Shown: positions 20,246 to 30,579, counted from the first letter of the stretch. The stretch is DNA of 61,289 nucleotides from an uncultured Dehalococcoidia bacterium (GCA_950072105.1 CATMOE010000014.1:1-61289), one strand, 5' to 3'. Numbers and translations are program-made. Notes: a model not told the origin generated them from the letters alone.

Positions 20246-20748
20246 CAGCAAACCGCTATCACATATGCCAGGTGAACATGGGGTGGGTTGGCCTTGTCGC
20301 CTCGGACTTTGGCCTGTGCCGGTTAAGCTTCCAGCCGTCTCCCCAAGAATTGCTGGAGGATCTGGGCTCGTCTCTGGACCACGCCACCGAGGATGCCGAT
20401 GGCTTTACCCAGGTGGTTTCCTGTGTGGAGCGCTACTTCCAGGGGGAGACAACCGCCTTGGATGAGATAAACCTGGACCTGCGGGGCGTCCCGCCATTTT
20501 TTGGCGCGGCCTATACCGCCTGCCGAAGTATACCGCCGGGAGAGACCCGTAGCTACGCCTGGCTGGCCGCCGAGGCAGGCAGGCCCTTGGCCGCCCGCGC
20601 GGCAGGACAGGCGATGGCCAAAAACCCCTATGCCCTGATCATACCGTGTCACCGGGTCATAGCCAGCAACGGTGACCTTCGAGGCTACGGGGCCGGAGGT
20701 CTTCGGGTTAAGGCCAAACTTTTGGAGATGGAACGCAAAGACGGCTAG
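20242..20748 (+). CDS. ogt: Methylated-DNA-protein-cysteine methyltransferase
   Basis: IPPGETRSY, ARAAG, IIPCHRVI active site; GTGA overlap with the upstream stop. Confidence 0.9.
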   Translation: MTANRYHICQVNMGWVGLVASDFGLCRLSFQPSPQELLEDLGSSLDHATEDADGFTQVVSCVERYFQGETTALDEINLDLRGVPPFFGAAYTACRSIPPGETRSYAWLAAEAGRPLAARAAGQAMAKNPYALIIPCHRVIASNGDLRGYGAGGLRVKAKLLEMERKDG

Positions 20749-20837
20749 AGCACGAACACCACGTTCGCCGGTCCCCAGTGACGGCGCGCGAACAAAAGAA
20801 GTAAAGGGAACGCACGATCGGGCTAGGAGGCGTTGAT

Positions 20838-21704
20838 TTGACGGTATCAGGCGGCCCAGTGGAGCATTGGGCGGATGTAGGCGACCTGCGCATGCGGTAC
20901 CTGGATTGGGGAGGAGACGGCCCTCCGGTGATGGCGTTGCACGGATTGGCATCCTCGTCCCATTGGTACGATATCGTAGTGCCCCTGCTCCGCGACCACT
21001 ATCGAATCATCGCGCCCGACCAGCGGGGCCATGGTCAGACAACTCAAGCCACAACCGGCTACGACTGGGCAACCCTATCAGGAGACGTGGCCAGACTAAT
21101 GGACCACTTGGGGATGGACAAGGCCGCAGTATTGGGCCACTCCTGGGGTGGGAACGTCGCTACCAACATGGCAGCCCTTTATCCAGATAGGGTGAACCGG
21201 GTGGTGATGATCGACGGAGGGTTCTTGGGCGGCCAAAACTCCCGGGATACCAACTGGGAAGAGTTCTCCCAACGGGTGCGGCCTCGTGACGTGTCCGGAA
21301 AGCGTGAGGAATTTCTTGACCGGTTGCGGGTACAGTTGGCTGATTGCTGGTCAGACGACCTGGAGCGCATCGTTCAAACCATGGTTTACGAAGATGCTGA
21401 AGGGCAGATCAGGGACATCTTACATCCAGACAACCACGCCCAGGTCATCCGTGCCATGTGGGACCAGCCTCCATCCACCGTATTGCCCCTTATCACCTGC
21501 CCGGCGATGATCGTAGCAGCAGGACCAAGGCCCGATCGGGCTGGCTCAGATTTCTCCATCCGCCGGGAAGAAATGGTGACCGCTGCCGCCGGATTCCTCA
21601 AGGACGTCCAAGTTCACTGGATCCCGAACACCATCCACGACATTGGATACCACAAGCCGGTGGAGTTGGCCGATCTCATCAAGAGTTTCATCCCCCAGGG
21701 ATGA
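20838..21704 (+). CDS. Alpha/beta fold hydrolase
   Basis: HG, DQRGHG, GHSWGG nucleophile elbow. Confidence 0.88.
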   Translation: MTVSGGPVEHWADVGDLRMRYLDWGGDGPPVMALHGLASSSHWYDIVVPLLRDHYRIIAPDQRGHGQTTQATTGYDWATLSGDVARLMDHLGMDKAAVLGHSWGGNVATNMAALYPDRVNRVVMIDGGFLGGQNSRDTNWEEFSQRVRPRDVSGKREEFLDRLRVQLADCWSDDLERIVQTMVYEDAEGQIRDILHPDNHAQVIRAMWDQPPSTVLPLITCPAMIVAAGPRPDRAGSDFSIRREEMVTAAAGFLKDVQVHWIPNTIHDIGYHKPVELADLIKSFIPQG

Positions 21705-21728
21705 CACACACAAAGGGCGAGGCTCAGG

Positions 21729-22427
21729 TTACAGGCTATCGCCTGCCTTACGTGCGAAGAATACGCAGTGATCCACGGGTTTAGGGTCGGTGAAGTACAG
21801 CAGTCCGCCCAGTTCCTCGGGAGGTTCAGCCTCTATCAAACTGAGTCCCAACCCCTTGAGCATCTCCAATAGTTCGCTGGCCTGGTACAACCGAAAGGTG
21901 CGGTCTATCCCGTAGTCCTTGTCGAAGACGGTGATAACGCCGTCACCGCATTTGAACATCAACTCCAGTACCCCGCCAGAACGCAACACCCGGGCAAACT
22001 CCGGCAAGACTACGCTCTGGACTATCTCCGGGTCGATGTGTTGTATAACCGCGTTACAGGCCACAAAGTCAAAGGACACGTTGTCGAAGGGTAGCGCGTT
22101 GGTCAAGTCGGCCACGAATACCCGGTCAGCAATCTCTTGGTGCAATTCCCGGGCTGCTTGAATATTCTCCTCAATGGAATCGATCCCCACTACGTCGTAG
22201 CCCTCAGAGATGGCGTGCAACACATCCCTGGCCCCGGCGCCGCATCCAGCATCCAAGCCTCGCCGGCCGGGCGCCAGCGCCATCATTCGGTCCCAAAGAT
22301 CCCAATCGTGTCTCAATTTCGGGTGGGAGGTCTTGGTGTAAACGGATTGGATAAATTCGCCGGACACCTGGGCGTACCGGCCGGCATGATCATGGTAGAA
22401 ATTTGCCGAGTAGTCAGCGGTGGTCAA
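21729..22427 (-). CDS. Class I SAM-dependent methyltransferase
   Basis: LDAGCGAG, FDFV, ARVLRSGG; TTG start after GAGGA. Confidence 0.85.
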   Translation of the reverse strand: MTTADYSANFYHDHAGRYAQVSGEFIQSVYTKTSHPKLRHDWDLWDRMMALAPGRRGLDAGCGAGARDVLHAISEGYDVVGIDSIEENIQAARELHQEIADRVFVADLTNALPFDNVSFDFVACNAVIQHIDPEIVQSVVLPEFARVLRSGGVLELMFKCGDGVITVFDKDYGIDRTFRLYQASELLEMLKGLGLSLIEAEPPEELGGLLYFTDPKPVDHCVFFARKAGDSL

Positions 22428-22470
22428 TGAATATCCTCGTAGTTGCTGGCGGTTGGAATCACTAACGGCA

Positions 22471-23535
22471 TCACAAAAGGTGGCTGAGGGCCCCCAGGAA
22501 TCCGCTGACATCATCTTGGGATAGGACGCCTACGGTGCCTAGCCTGAACGTCGACTCGCTCAGATGCCCTTGCGACTTGTAAATGACGTATCCCTGTTCT
22601 TTCAGGGGCCGATGGAGATCTTCGTAGGAAATTCCTTCCGGCATCGTCACCGTGGTCATTGTGTTCGATAAGTATTCCCGCGGCACGAGGAACGATAACT
22701 CCAGGGAAGTTAGTCCGTCACGAAGAGACTTGGCGATGTCCTGGTAATGGGTGATGCGTGATGACACGCCCTCCTCAAGCAACTCCGCCGAAGCTTCGCG
22801 AAGGGCGTAAATCGTCTGCACCGGAGGGGTGAACGGGGTTTCACCGCGTTCCTCCCGGTCCAATGTGCTCACTAGATCTGTTGAGAACGCCACTTGGTGG
22901 CGATGGGAGATGGCCTCCCGAAACTCGGCGGAGACGACCACGAAACCAATACCGGGCACGCCCCTCAGGCATTTGTTTGCCGACCCGATGACTAGATCGA
23001 CTCCCCATCCGGGAAGGTCCAGTTCTTCTCCGCCGATGCTGCTGACCGCGTCCACCATCACCCACTTCCCGTGGCTCTTGGCGATGCCAGCCACCTGTTC
23101 CAATGGGTTGAGGATCCCGGTGGTGGTCTCATGGTGGATCAGGTACACGCTGTCATGAGGCGTGTCCGAGATAAGCTGTTCCACCTTATCCATCGGCATT
23201 GGCGAGGTCCAGTCGAACTTTTCAACCGTATACGGGACCTGAAACACCTGGGCGATCTGGGCGGCTCGTTCGCCATAGACTCCATTGGCGAGAATCAGTA
23301 CACCGCTGCCCACGTCCCGGAGGGAGGTGATGGAGGCTTCGATACCGGTGGTACCGGAACCACTCAACACCGCGCAAGCATATCCATCAGAAACACCGCA
23401 AACTTGCAACAACTGAGATCGGGTTTCCTGGAGCAAGTCCGTGAACTCGCTCTCCCGGTGTCCTATGTCGGGGTTGGTCAGGGCGGCGCGTACACGCTCC
23501 GAGATATTCGCCGGCCCTGGGGAAAAAATTATCAT
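22471..23535 (-). CDS. phnW: 2-aminoethylphosphonate transaminase-like class V PLP aminotransferase
   Basis: SPGP, GSGT, HHETTTGILNP, DAVSS, SANKCLRGVPG, PFTPPVQ; adjacent to pepM. Confidence 0.8.
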   Translation of the reverse strand: MIIFSPGPANISERVRAALTNPDIGHRESEFTDLLQETRSQLLQVCGVSDGYACAVLSGSGTTGIEASITSLRDVGSGVLILANGVYGERAAQIAQVFQVPYTVEKFDWTSPMPMDKVEQLISDTPHDSVYLIHHETTTGILNPLEQVAGIAKSHGKWVMVDAVSSIGGEELDLPGWGVDLVIGSANKCLRGVPGIGFVVVSAEFREAISHRHQVAFSTDLVSTLDREERGETPFTPPVQTIYALREASAELLEEGVSSRITHYQDIAKSLRDGLTSLELSFLVPREYLSNTMTTVTMPEGISYEDLHRPLKEQGYVIYKSQGHLSESTFRLGTVGVLSQDDVSGFLGALSHLL

Positions 23536-23638
23536 TTGCGTAAGCCCCCTGGCAATAGCTTATGTTTGGATGGGACGAATCACGTAGGCCCCGGGACTCG
23601 CCACCTTCCGAATCGTTGCGGAGCCCGTTACGCCAACC

Positions 23639-24640
23639 CTACGCCCGAGTCCTCGACCCTGCTTCGACTTGATTCGGCACCGACGACAAGAGCCGGCGCG
23701 CCTCGGTTCGCTCCCGGTCTTTGCGCGTGATTCGATCGAAACCGACGGTAGCGAACACCTCTTTGACCTGGGCACATATTGGACCTGCGGCGAGGCTGCT
23801 CCCTCCTTCCAGGATCGCGGCCGCTACCTCTGACATCGCTTTGTGGGCGGCGCGGAGCATGTGGTTGGCATGGATAATAATGTTGAATCCCCTAGCTATA
23901 AGCTCATCATCAGATATTGTGTTGTACGTGGTGGGTACACTCACCAGCAAGGGCCGCCGTCCCGCACGTTGACACAACGCTGGGTAGGCATCCGTAAAGG
24001 CAAATATCTCGGCGGGGTCCGATTTGTTCGAGTGAATCATGATGCCATCGGTACCAGCTTTGATATATTGCTCCGCACGGCTCAGCGCGTCGTCGACTCC
24101 TGCTCCTGATATAAGGCTTTCCAGGCGGGAAATAATCATGAAATCGTCGGTGGTTGCAATTTCCTTGCCCGCTTGAATTTTTTCCGCGAAGGCCCAAGGA
24201 TCCTCCAGATCTTGATTGGCGGCAGCGTCGAGACTATTTCGCTTCGGGTACACTTTGTCTTCGATGATGACCGCCGACACTCCCAATCTTTCTAGAGTCC
24301 GTACCAAGTACTCGAACTGGGCAGGTTCGCCGCCTGTATCGCCATCCACTATGAGGGGCTTCGACGTGACGGTGAGAATTTCGTTGATAGTGTGGACTCG
24401 TGAGTCGTTGCCGACGATAGACGCGTCGGGCAAGCCTTTAGAGGCGGAGTCCGTCAGACTACTCTCCCAAAGACCGTCATATTCCAGAACCTGGCCGTTC
24501 TTCTCGACCTGGACAGTTTCCGCGATGATACCGCTTAGACCGTTGTGAGCTTCCATGATACGAGCGAAGCCCTTGCGGTCGATGCACTCCCGTAGCGACT
24601 TGAGCCGTTCAAACGGGGAACGTTTGTTCTCTAAAATCAT
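23639..24640 (-). CDS. pepM: Phosphoenolpyruvate mutase
   Basis: EAHNGLS, WESSLTDS..KGLPD, DGDTGG, diagnostic EDKVYPKRNS (EDKx5NS), VPTTY, ANH. Confidence 0.92.
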   Translation of the reverse strand: MILENKRSPFERLKSLRECIDRKGFARIMEAHNGLSGIIAETVQVEKNGQVLEYDGLWESSLTDSASKGLPDASIVGNDSRVHTINEILTVTSKPLIVDGDTGGEPAQFEYLVRTLERLGVSAVIIEDKVYPKRNSLDAAANQDLEDPWAFAEKIQAGKEIATTDDFMIISRLESLISGAGVDDALSRAEQYIKAGTDGIMIHSNKSDPAEIFAFTDAYPALCQRAGRRPLLVSVPTTYNTISDDELIARGFNIIIHANHMLRAAHKAMSEVAAAILEGGSSLAAGPICAQVKEVFATVGFDRITRKDRERTEARRLLSSVPNQVEAGSRTRA

Positions 24641-24744
24641 GGTATACCACCTCATTTTGTAAGATTGCCGGCTGAGAATCTTTTCTCAAACCGGTCCAGC
24701 GGATTATTTACCGGTAGATTCTACGACGGGAGTTCAGGCGAGTC

Positions 24745-25770
24745 CTATGCCGGTTTTACCCCGGTGACCACGCCCAGTTGGGTGGGTAATCCTATCAATT
24801 TGGTGTTTTGGAATCCTTCCCTTTCAAGCCACTCCGCCACTTCTTTTCCTTCTCGGTCACCGGCGCCTGGGTCGAAAGCTACAAGGACATACAGGTCTTC
24901 CAGTGTATCCAAGCGGTTACGCTGAGCGTCGTGATCTATCCGCATATAGTCTTGGATAACGATAAGTCCGCCCGGTTCCATGAGATCGTAGGCAAGTTTG
25001 AACAGTCGGCGTGAGTCTTCCTCAGGCTTGATCAGAACCACGCCAGAGATCAGAACAACGTCGTAGCCGCTGCCAAGATCGGTCTGGAAAAAATCGCCTT
25101 CCAGCAGGGTGATGCGGTTTTCTAGGTTGCTTTCCTTGACCAAGGGCCTGGCGATGGCAAGAGGCTCTTTTTGATCCGCCACCACCGCTTTCAACTGGGG
25201 ATTGCCCGCACAGAGAGCAATGCTGTAGCTTGCCGCCCCTCCACCCAAGTCAAGGAGCTTACGCTTGTCTGTCAGGTCGAGGCTCTCCACCAAATAGTGC
25301 GCCTGACCCGAAGTAGCCCGATTATGCTGGCCTATCATGTAGTCGGACCAGTAGGTGTCCGCATCAACGAACCCAGTATCATAAGGTAGAAGGGTCTTGC
25401 CCTCCCTGACTATCTCGTCCAGCCTGCCCCATGATGCCCACGTATTGGTATGGTGAAGTGCGTGGCCGCCCACGTATGCCGGTTTGTTTTTTACCAGGAA
25501 CCTAGAGGTAAGAGATGAGTTTGTGTACTTGTCGTCATCGCTATCCAACAGATCCAAGACAACACAACAATTCAGAAATGACTGGGTGTACCTGGGCGAC
25601 GCATCGATGCCCGAAGCCACTTCTTGGGAGGTCAAACTGACTCCCTCAAGCAAGGAAAAGACATCGAGCTTTATGGCGGCTCGCAAGATTGCTGAGTACC
25701 AAAAATTTCGAGCTAACTCATTAACGCGTTCCGCGTCCAGATCGACGACGGAACTGAATTGGTCCTTCAT
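24745..25770 (-). CDS. O-methyltransferase family 2 protein (dimerisation domain plus SAM-binding domain)
   Basis: N-terminal winged-helix region, LLDLGGGAA, GDFF, PGG motifs. Confidence 0.85.
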   Translation of the reverse strand: MKDQFSSVVDLDAERVNELARNFWYSAILRAAIKLDVFSLLEGVSLTSQEVASGIDASPRYTQSFLNCCVVLDLLDSDDDKYTNSSLTSRFLVKNKPAYVGGHALHHTNTWASWGRLDEIVREGKTLLPYDTGFVDADTYWSDYMIGQHNRATSGQAHYLVESLDLTDKRKLLDLGGGAASYSIALCAGNPQLKAVVADQKEPLAIARPLVKESNLENRITLLEGDFFQTDLGSGYDVVLISGVVLIKPEEDSRRLFKLAYDLMEPGGLIVIQDYMRIDHDAQRNRLDTLEDLYVLVAFDPGAGDREGKEVAEWLEREGFQNTKLIGLPTQLGVVTGVKPA

Positions 25771-26081
25771 ATTCGTTATTTCACCACGGTTATCTTAGTT
25801 GTGAGCGCCAAGGCGGCGATTGGGCTGGTTTTGATTGCCCTAAATACACGCTTTACAATCTGCCTTGCAGAACGATACAAAGGGCGGTACACGGATCTGA
25901 GATCAGAATCAGGTGACGGGAGAGAAGAAAGAAGCTAGGGCTCGCAGGGGAGGGAATACCTGCGCAGGGAATCCGACGTATTGTCAATCGAAAGACAACA
26001 CAAGGTATGCTGTTTTACTAAGTCTGTTACCATGGTTAGCTCCGGCGTCGTCCGTGCACTAGATGCTCCCATAATGATAAC

Positions 26082-26160
26082 GTTGGCGTCAGATTCGGAA
26101 TAGGTTTGAGGCTAGACATTGCCCTCCGGCTGGCTACACCGGCGTAAACCCTGACGCAAC
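26082..26160 (-). ncRNA. Candidate structured leader RNA, riboswitch-like
   Basis: Starts at the predicted TSS; nested stems closed by GUUGCGUCAG/CUGACGCCAAC; no known family recognised. Confidence 0.3.
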
Positions 26161-26166
26161 TCAGGG

Positions 26167-26195
26167 AGCTTACCAGCACCTTCCATACCCGTCAA
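26167..26195 (-). promoter_or_regulatory. Sigma70-type promoter upstream of the phosphonate cluster
   Basis: TTGACG-17 nt-TAAGCT. Confidence 0.55.
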
Positions 26196-26508
26196 ATCCA
26201 ACTTTTGGTTATGTTCCTCCGTTTCCACCTGGTCTTATGGTCAATTCACTCAACCACCGGTGATACTCGCTGTCTTTCGGCGATATCGTAAATTTTATGT
26301 TGGTGTCCGTAGAGCCATGTCATTAATAACTACGATGTAAGCTGCGTTGGGAATCACCTGCGCAATAGCCACGGCTTATTAAGCCAGGCGCGTGGCGGCA
26401 GATAGTTGGCTAACCGTAGTGCCGACACTTGCCGTATCGGCTAATAGGGGAACAAGGAGCTTGACGCAGATGAGTAAGGAGGTTTATCCGTTGGAGCTCA
26501 GCTTGAGT

Positions 26509-29500
26509 CTATTCGGACCCTATATCCTGGGAGCCATCGAGACGAACCGAACCGGCGCCAAGCAACTTTGATAACCGCTCACCTAGTTCATCACAATAAC
26601 CGGTGTTGACCGGCGTCAGGTCCATGATAACTCGCCTGGTGGGCGTATGAATGTCCAGATTAACCCGGTCTTGGCCGGAATACTCCAGCAAAACCCCGAT
26701 GACTTCCCGTAGCATATGGGCGTCGTTAACGGCGTTGTCCGATTCCGTCACGGCCAGAGACAACGTCCGATAGGAACCCCCGTTCGCGGCGAGCTCTGGA
26801 TTTGGACGGCTGACAGGCGCGGTTTGAGGGTGTCCATTAGACGACCCGTTAGAGTTTCCGTTTCCGCTATGCTTCCCGTTGCCATTACCATTTCCATTGA
26901 TAATTCCGTTCCCGTTACCGCCGGTCGATGGCGACTGATCAAACATGTGCTCCTGAGCCTGATCACAGGCCAGGGAAAGTTGGTCTCCGCGGAGCCGCAA
27001 TTTCCCTGTGACTCTTAATATCTTACCCTCGGTCCATAACTGTTGGGTACGCTCCAATACGTTCGGCCAGACCACTACTTCCACGGCGCCGCCCAGGAGA
27101 TCCAGGGTTACCACGACAAATCTTTTCTGTTCTTTGGTGAACCGTTCGTTGACGGCTGAGATATGGCCCAGCAAAGACACAGATTGTCCCTGCATGTCGT
27201 CGTCAAGTTGGTCGATGGAGCTAAAAGCGTCTCCGGCATTCAGGCCAGCCAGTTGCCACATGGGGTTGTAGGACAAGGAAACGCCCAACAACTCTCTCTC
27301 CCAAGTCGCTTTTTCCTCGGGAGGAACATCCGAATCTCCCAATTCGATGCCCGGAAGACCGACGCCGCCATCTTCGTTGGAGGTGCCGTCGAAAAGGCTT
27401 GATTGGCCGGAACCGCGGCTTTTGGCCTCCAGTTGAGCGAAGGCAACGATCTGGTCCAGGGAGTCCAACATGGCGCCGCGGGTAGCCAAACTGTCGAAAG
27501 CCCCCGCCTTGGTTAGACTCTCCAAGGTGCGCCTGTTGAGCCCCCTGGCGCCAGCCCGATGACAGAAATCGTCGATGGACTCATAGGGGCCGTTGGCCTC
27601 TCGCTCCTCCACCAAGGGACGCACGGCGGCTTCTCCCACGGTTTTAACGGCGGCCAGGCCAACTCGGATGCCGGCTATTGGGCCGCTATCTTGGTCAATA
27701 GTGAAGAATTCGTCGGACCGGTTGATATCGGGCAGCAGCACGGGAATTCCCAGCCGGAAACACTCATTGATCGAGGTTACGATTTTTTCAGGATGGTCCA
27801 GCCGGGAATTCAGCACCGCCGCCATATATTCCAAGGGATAGTGGGTTTTGAAATAACCCGTCCAATAGGAGATAAGGGCATAGCTGACGCTGTGGGCCTT
27901 GTTGAACGCATAGCCGGCGAAAGGCTCTATCAGGTCGAATACAGAGGTTGCCAGGCTCTCTTCAAACCCTTTGGCGGCTGCGCCGGCCACGAATTTTTGC
28001 CTTTCCTCGGCCATCAACGATGCGATCTTCTTGCCCATGGCCTTGCGCACGATGTCGGCTTCACCCAGCGTGTATCCGGCGAATTGTTGAAGGATCAACA
28101 GCACCTGGTCTTGATAGACGATGATGCCGTAGGTCTCGTCCAGCAATTCTTTCATGCTGGGGTCTGGATAGGTGACTGCTTTGCGCCCGAATTTCGCGTC
28201 GATGAAATCGTCTATGTTTTCCATGGGACCCGGCCGGTACAGGGCGATCATGGCCGAGATATCCATTAGATTAGAAGGTTTCAATTCCTTTATGTACCGG
28301 CGCATCCCGGCGCTTTCCAACTGGAACAGGTCGGTAGTGTTGCCGGACGAGAGCAGGTCGAACGTGGGTTGATCGTCCAACGGGAGGTCGTCCAGGACAA
28401 TCTTGACCCCCCGGTTCTTATCCACGAATTTCACGGCCCGGTCCAGGATAGTCAGGTTGGTCAACCCCAGGAAGTCCATCTTCAACAGACCCAACTTGGC
28501 CACCGGGTCCATGGAATACTGGGTCATCAACACCGGGCTGTCTTCGTCACCACGGCTAGGCCGTTGCAACGGAACAGTGTGGGTCAAAGGCTCGTCGGCG
28601 ATCAGCACGCCGGCCGCATGGGTGCTGACATGGTGCACATTACCCTCCAATCCTTGGGCAATATCCACCAGTTCTTTGGTTTTCTCCTCGCTCTGGTAGG
28701 CTTCTTTAAATTCGGCGTTGACCCGTAGCGCATCTTCTATCGTTCTTGCTTTAAATGGGACCATCCGGGCGATGCGGTCTACGTCACCGTAGCTCATGCC
28801 CAGACCGCGGCCCACGTCCCGCAATGCCGCCTTGGCGCCCATGGTGCCGAAGGTCACGATCTGAGCAACACGGTCGGTGCCATACCGGTCGACAACGTAA
28901 TGAAGGACCTCGTCCCGGCGATCGTCCTGAAAGTCCAGGTCGATGTCGGGCATCTCTTTGCGCTCTAGATTCAAGAACCGCTCGAAGACCAGGCGGTACT
29001 GCAGGGGGTCCACATTGGTGATGCCGAGACAATAGAGGGCGACGCTGGCGGCGGCGCTTCCCCGTACGCCGTAGAGGATCTGACTCCTTCGGACGAAGCC
29101 GATGATGTCCCAAACGACCAGGAAGTAGTTGGCGAACTGCGTGTGTTTGACCACCTCGAGTTCGTATTTCAGACGCGCCACGGCGTCCGGAGGCGCATTG
29201 GGGTACCGCTGCTTAAAGCCTTCCCAACATAGTTCGTCAAGGTATTCGTCGGCGTCCTTGTCCCCGGGAACCGGGTATTTGGGCAGGTGGGTTTGGCCGA
29301 AGCTCAGGTCCACGTTGCACATGTCGGAGATGAGCCCGGTGTTATTTAACGCATCTGGTAAATCAGCGAAGAGACGACCCATTTCTTCCGGGCTTTTGAC
29401 GTAGTAGGAGTTGTCCTCCATCCGCAAGCGCTTTTCATCTTGCACGGTGGTATTGGTTTGGATGCTCATGTACATGTCTTGAAGGGACGACTCGGCTTGT

Positions 29501-30147
29501 CTGACGTAGTGGGAGTCGTTGGTGACCACTAAGGGAATGTCCAATTCCCGCCCCATCGTCACCAGAGCCTGATTCAATTCGGGAAGATTAGGCACATGCT
29601 CGTGGCGCTGCAATTCCAGGAAATATCCGTCGCCGAACAGCTCTTTGAACCAGCCAGCGACCCGGTTAGCTTCATCAAGGTTCCCGTCATTGATCAGCCG
29701 GGGCACCTCGGCCGAAGGGCAGCCGGAGACAGCGATGAGGCCGCTGTGGTTCTGTTCCAGCAACTCGCGGTCGATGCGGGGACGGTAGTGGAAACCATCA
29801 ACGTGGGCCCGAGTGACCAATTCCATCAGGTTGCGATAGCCCGCATTGTCCCGTGCCAGCAGGAGCAGGTGGTGGGGGCTGCGCTCGTTGGCCGATTTGT
29901 CGAAGCGGCTGCCTTTGGCGACGTAAACCTCGCACCCGATAATTGGCTTGACGGCCGCCTCTTTGCAGGCTTGGTAGAATTCCACGACGCCGTACATGGA
30001 GCCATGGTCAGTAATTGCTATGGAGTCCATTCCCAGCGCTTTCGTCTGGGTCACCAAGTCGGAAATCTTGCTGATGCCGTCCAGCATGCTGTACTCAGTG
30101 TGGACGTGCAGGTGGGTGAATCGGTTGTCAATGATCGTATTTGTCAT
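26509..30147 (-). CDS. dnaE: DNA polymerase III alpha subunit
   Basis: PHP domain HLHVHTEYS/TDHG, RGSAA, FERFLN..R.EMPDIDLD, KMDFLGL, YAFNKAH, OB fold. Confidence 0.97.
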   Translation of the reverse strand: MTNTIIDNRFTHLHVHTEYSMLDGISKISDLVTQTKALGMDSIAITDHGSMYGVVEFYQACKEAAVKPIIGCEVYVAKGSRFDKSANERSPHHLLLLARDNAGYRNLMELVTRAHVDGFHYRPRIDRELLEQNHSGLIAVSGCPSAEVPRLINDGNLDEANRVAGWFKELFGDGYFLELQRHEHVPNLPELNQALVTMGRELDIPLVVTNDSHYVRQAESSLQDMYMSIQTNTTVQDEKRLRMEDNSYYVKSPEEMGRLFADLPDALNNTGLISDMCNVDLSFGQTHLPKYPVPGDKDADEYLDELCWEGFKQRYPNAPPDAVARLKYELEVVKHTQFANYFLVVWDIIGFVRRSQILYGVRGSAAASVALYCLGITNVDPLQYRLVFERFLNLERKEMPDIDLDFQDDRRDEVLHYVVDRYGTDRVAQIVTFGTMGAKAALRDVGRGLGMSYGDVDRIARMVPFKARTIEDALRVNAEFKEAYQSEEKTKELVDIAQGLEGNVHHVSTHAAGVLIADEPLTHTVPLQRPSRGDEDSPVLMTQYSMDPVAKLGLLKMDFLGLTNLTILDRAVKFVDKNRGVKIVLDDLPLDDQPTFDLLSSGNTTDLFQLESAGMRRYIKELKPSNLMDISAMIALYRPGPMENIDDFIDAKFGRKAVTYPDPSMKELLDETYGIIVYQDQVLLILQQFAGYTLGEADIVRKAMGKKIASLMAEERQKFVAGAAAKGFEESLATSVFDLIEPFAGYAFNKAHSVSYALISYWTGYFKTHYPLEYMAAVLNSRLDHPEKIVTSINECFRLGIPVLLPDINRSDEFFTIDQDSGPIAGIRVGLAAVKTVGEAAVRPLVEEREANGPYESIDDFCHRAGARGLNRRTLESLTKAGAFDSLATRGAMLDSLDQIVAFAQLEAKSRGSGQSSLFDGTSNEDGGVGLPGIELGDSDVPPEEKATWERELLGVSLSYNPMWQLAGLNAGDAFSSIDQLDDDMQGQSVSLLGHISAVNERFTKEQKRFVVVTLDLLGGAVEVVVWPNVLERTQQLWTEGKILRVTGKLRLRGDQLSLACDQAQEHMFDQSPSTGGNGNGIINGNGNGNGKHSGNGNSNGSSNGHPQTAPVSRPNPELAANGGSYRTLSLAVTESDNAVNDAHMLREVIGVLLEYSGQDRVNLDIHTPTRRVIMDLTPVNTGYCDELGERLSKLLGAGSVRLDGSQDIGSE

Positions 30148-30490
30148 TCGGACCTCTAGTAGGAATATTATAATCCCTAAACAGGTAGGTCCTTGTCAAG
30201 GCAAAATTCACGAAAACCACAATATATGCCATTTTGCCCAGTTCCACCTACCATAGGTTGGTGTCTGCCGGAAGAAAGAAGGGCCGTCTTGATTGTAGCA
30301 AGCGAAGCGGGGCGAATGAATCGTCGATCGTCTGTAAGTGTACGTTGCCGGCACGGCTAACTCCGGAAAGAGACGCCCGAAACCGGTTTTGACCAGGGAT
30401 GGTGGGCTGATAATTCGACCTTACCAATGGCACTGGATACGGTTTCGCTCGAGGCCGTTTCGGATGCCTCGCCGGTCATTTGCCAATGCA

Positions 30491-30518
30491 AAAGCCCCGC
30501 AACTTCATGCAGGGCTTC
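30491..30518 (-). terminator. Probable terminator downstream of the small Zn-binding protein gene
   Basis: AAGCCC..GGGCTT imperfect stem with a short T run on the minus strand. Confidence 0.45.
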
Positions 30519-30579
30519 ATCAAAAAAGCTTCGTCTAATTATCGGTTAGTGGCAGGCACCTTAGCGCCGGCGCCGCATT

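Noticed and set aside
23639..24640. Isocitrate lyase / methylisocitrate lyase assignment
   Set aside because: Has the PepM EDKx5NS motif rather than K(K/R)CGH
26509..30147. Intein in dnaE
   Set aside because: Length is normal and no splicing or LAGLIDADG motifs are visible
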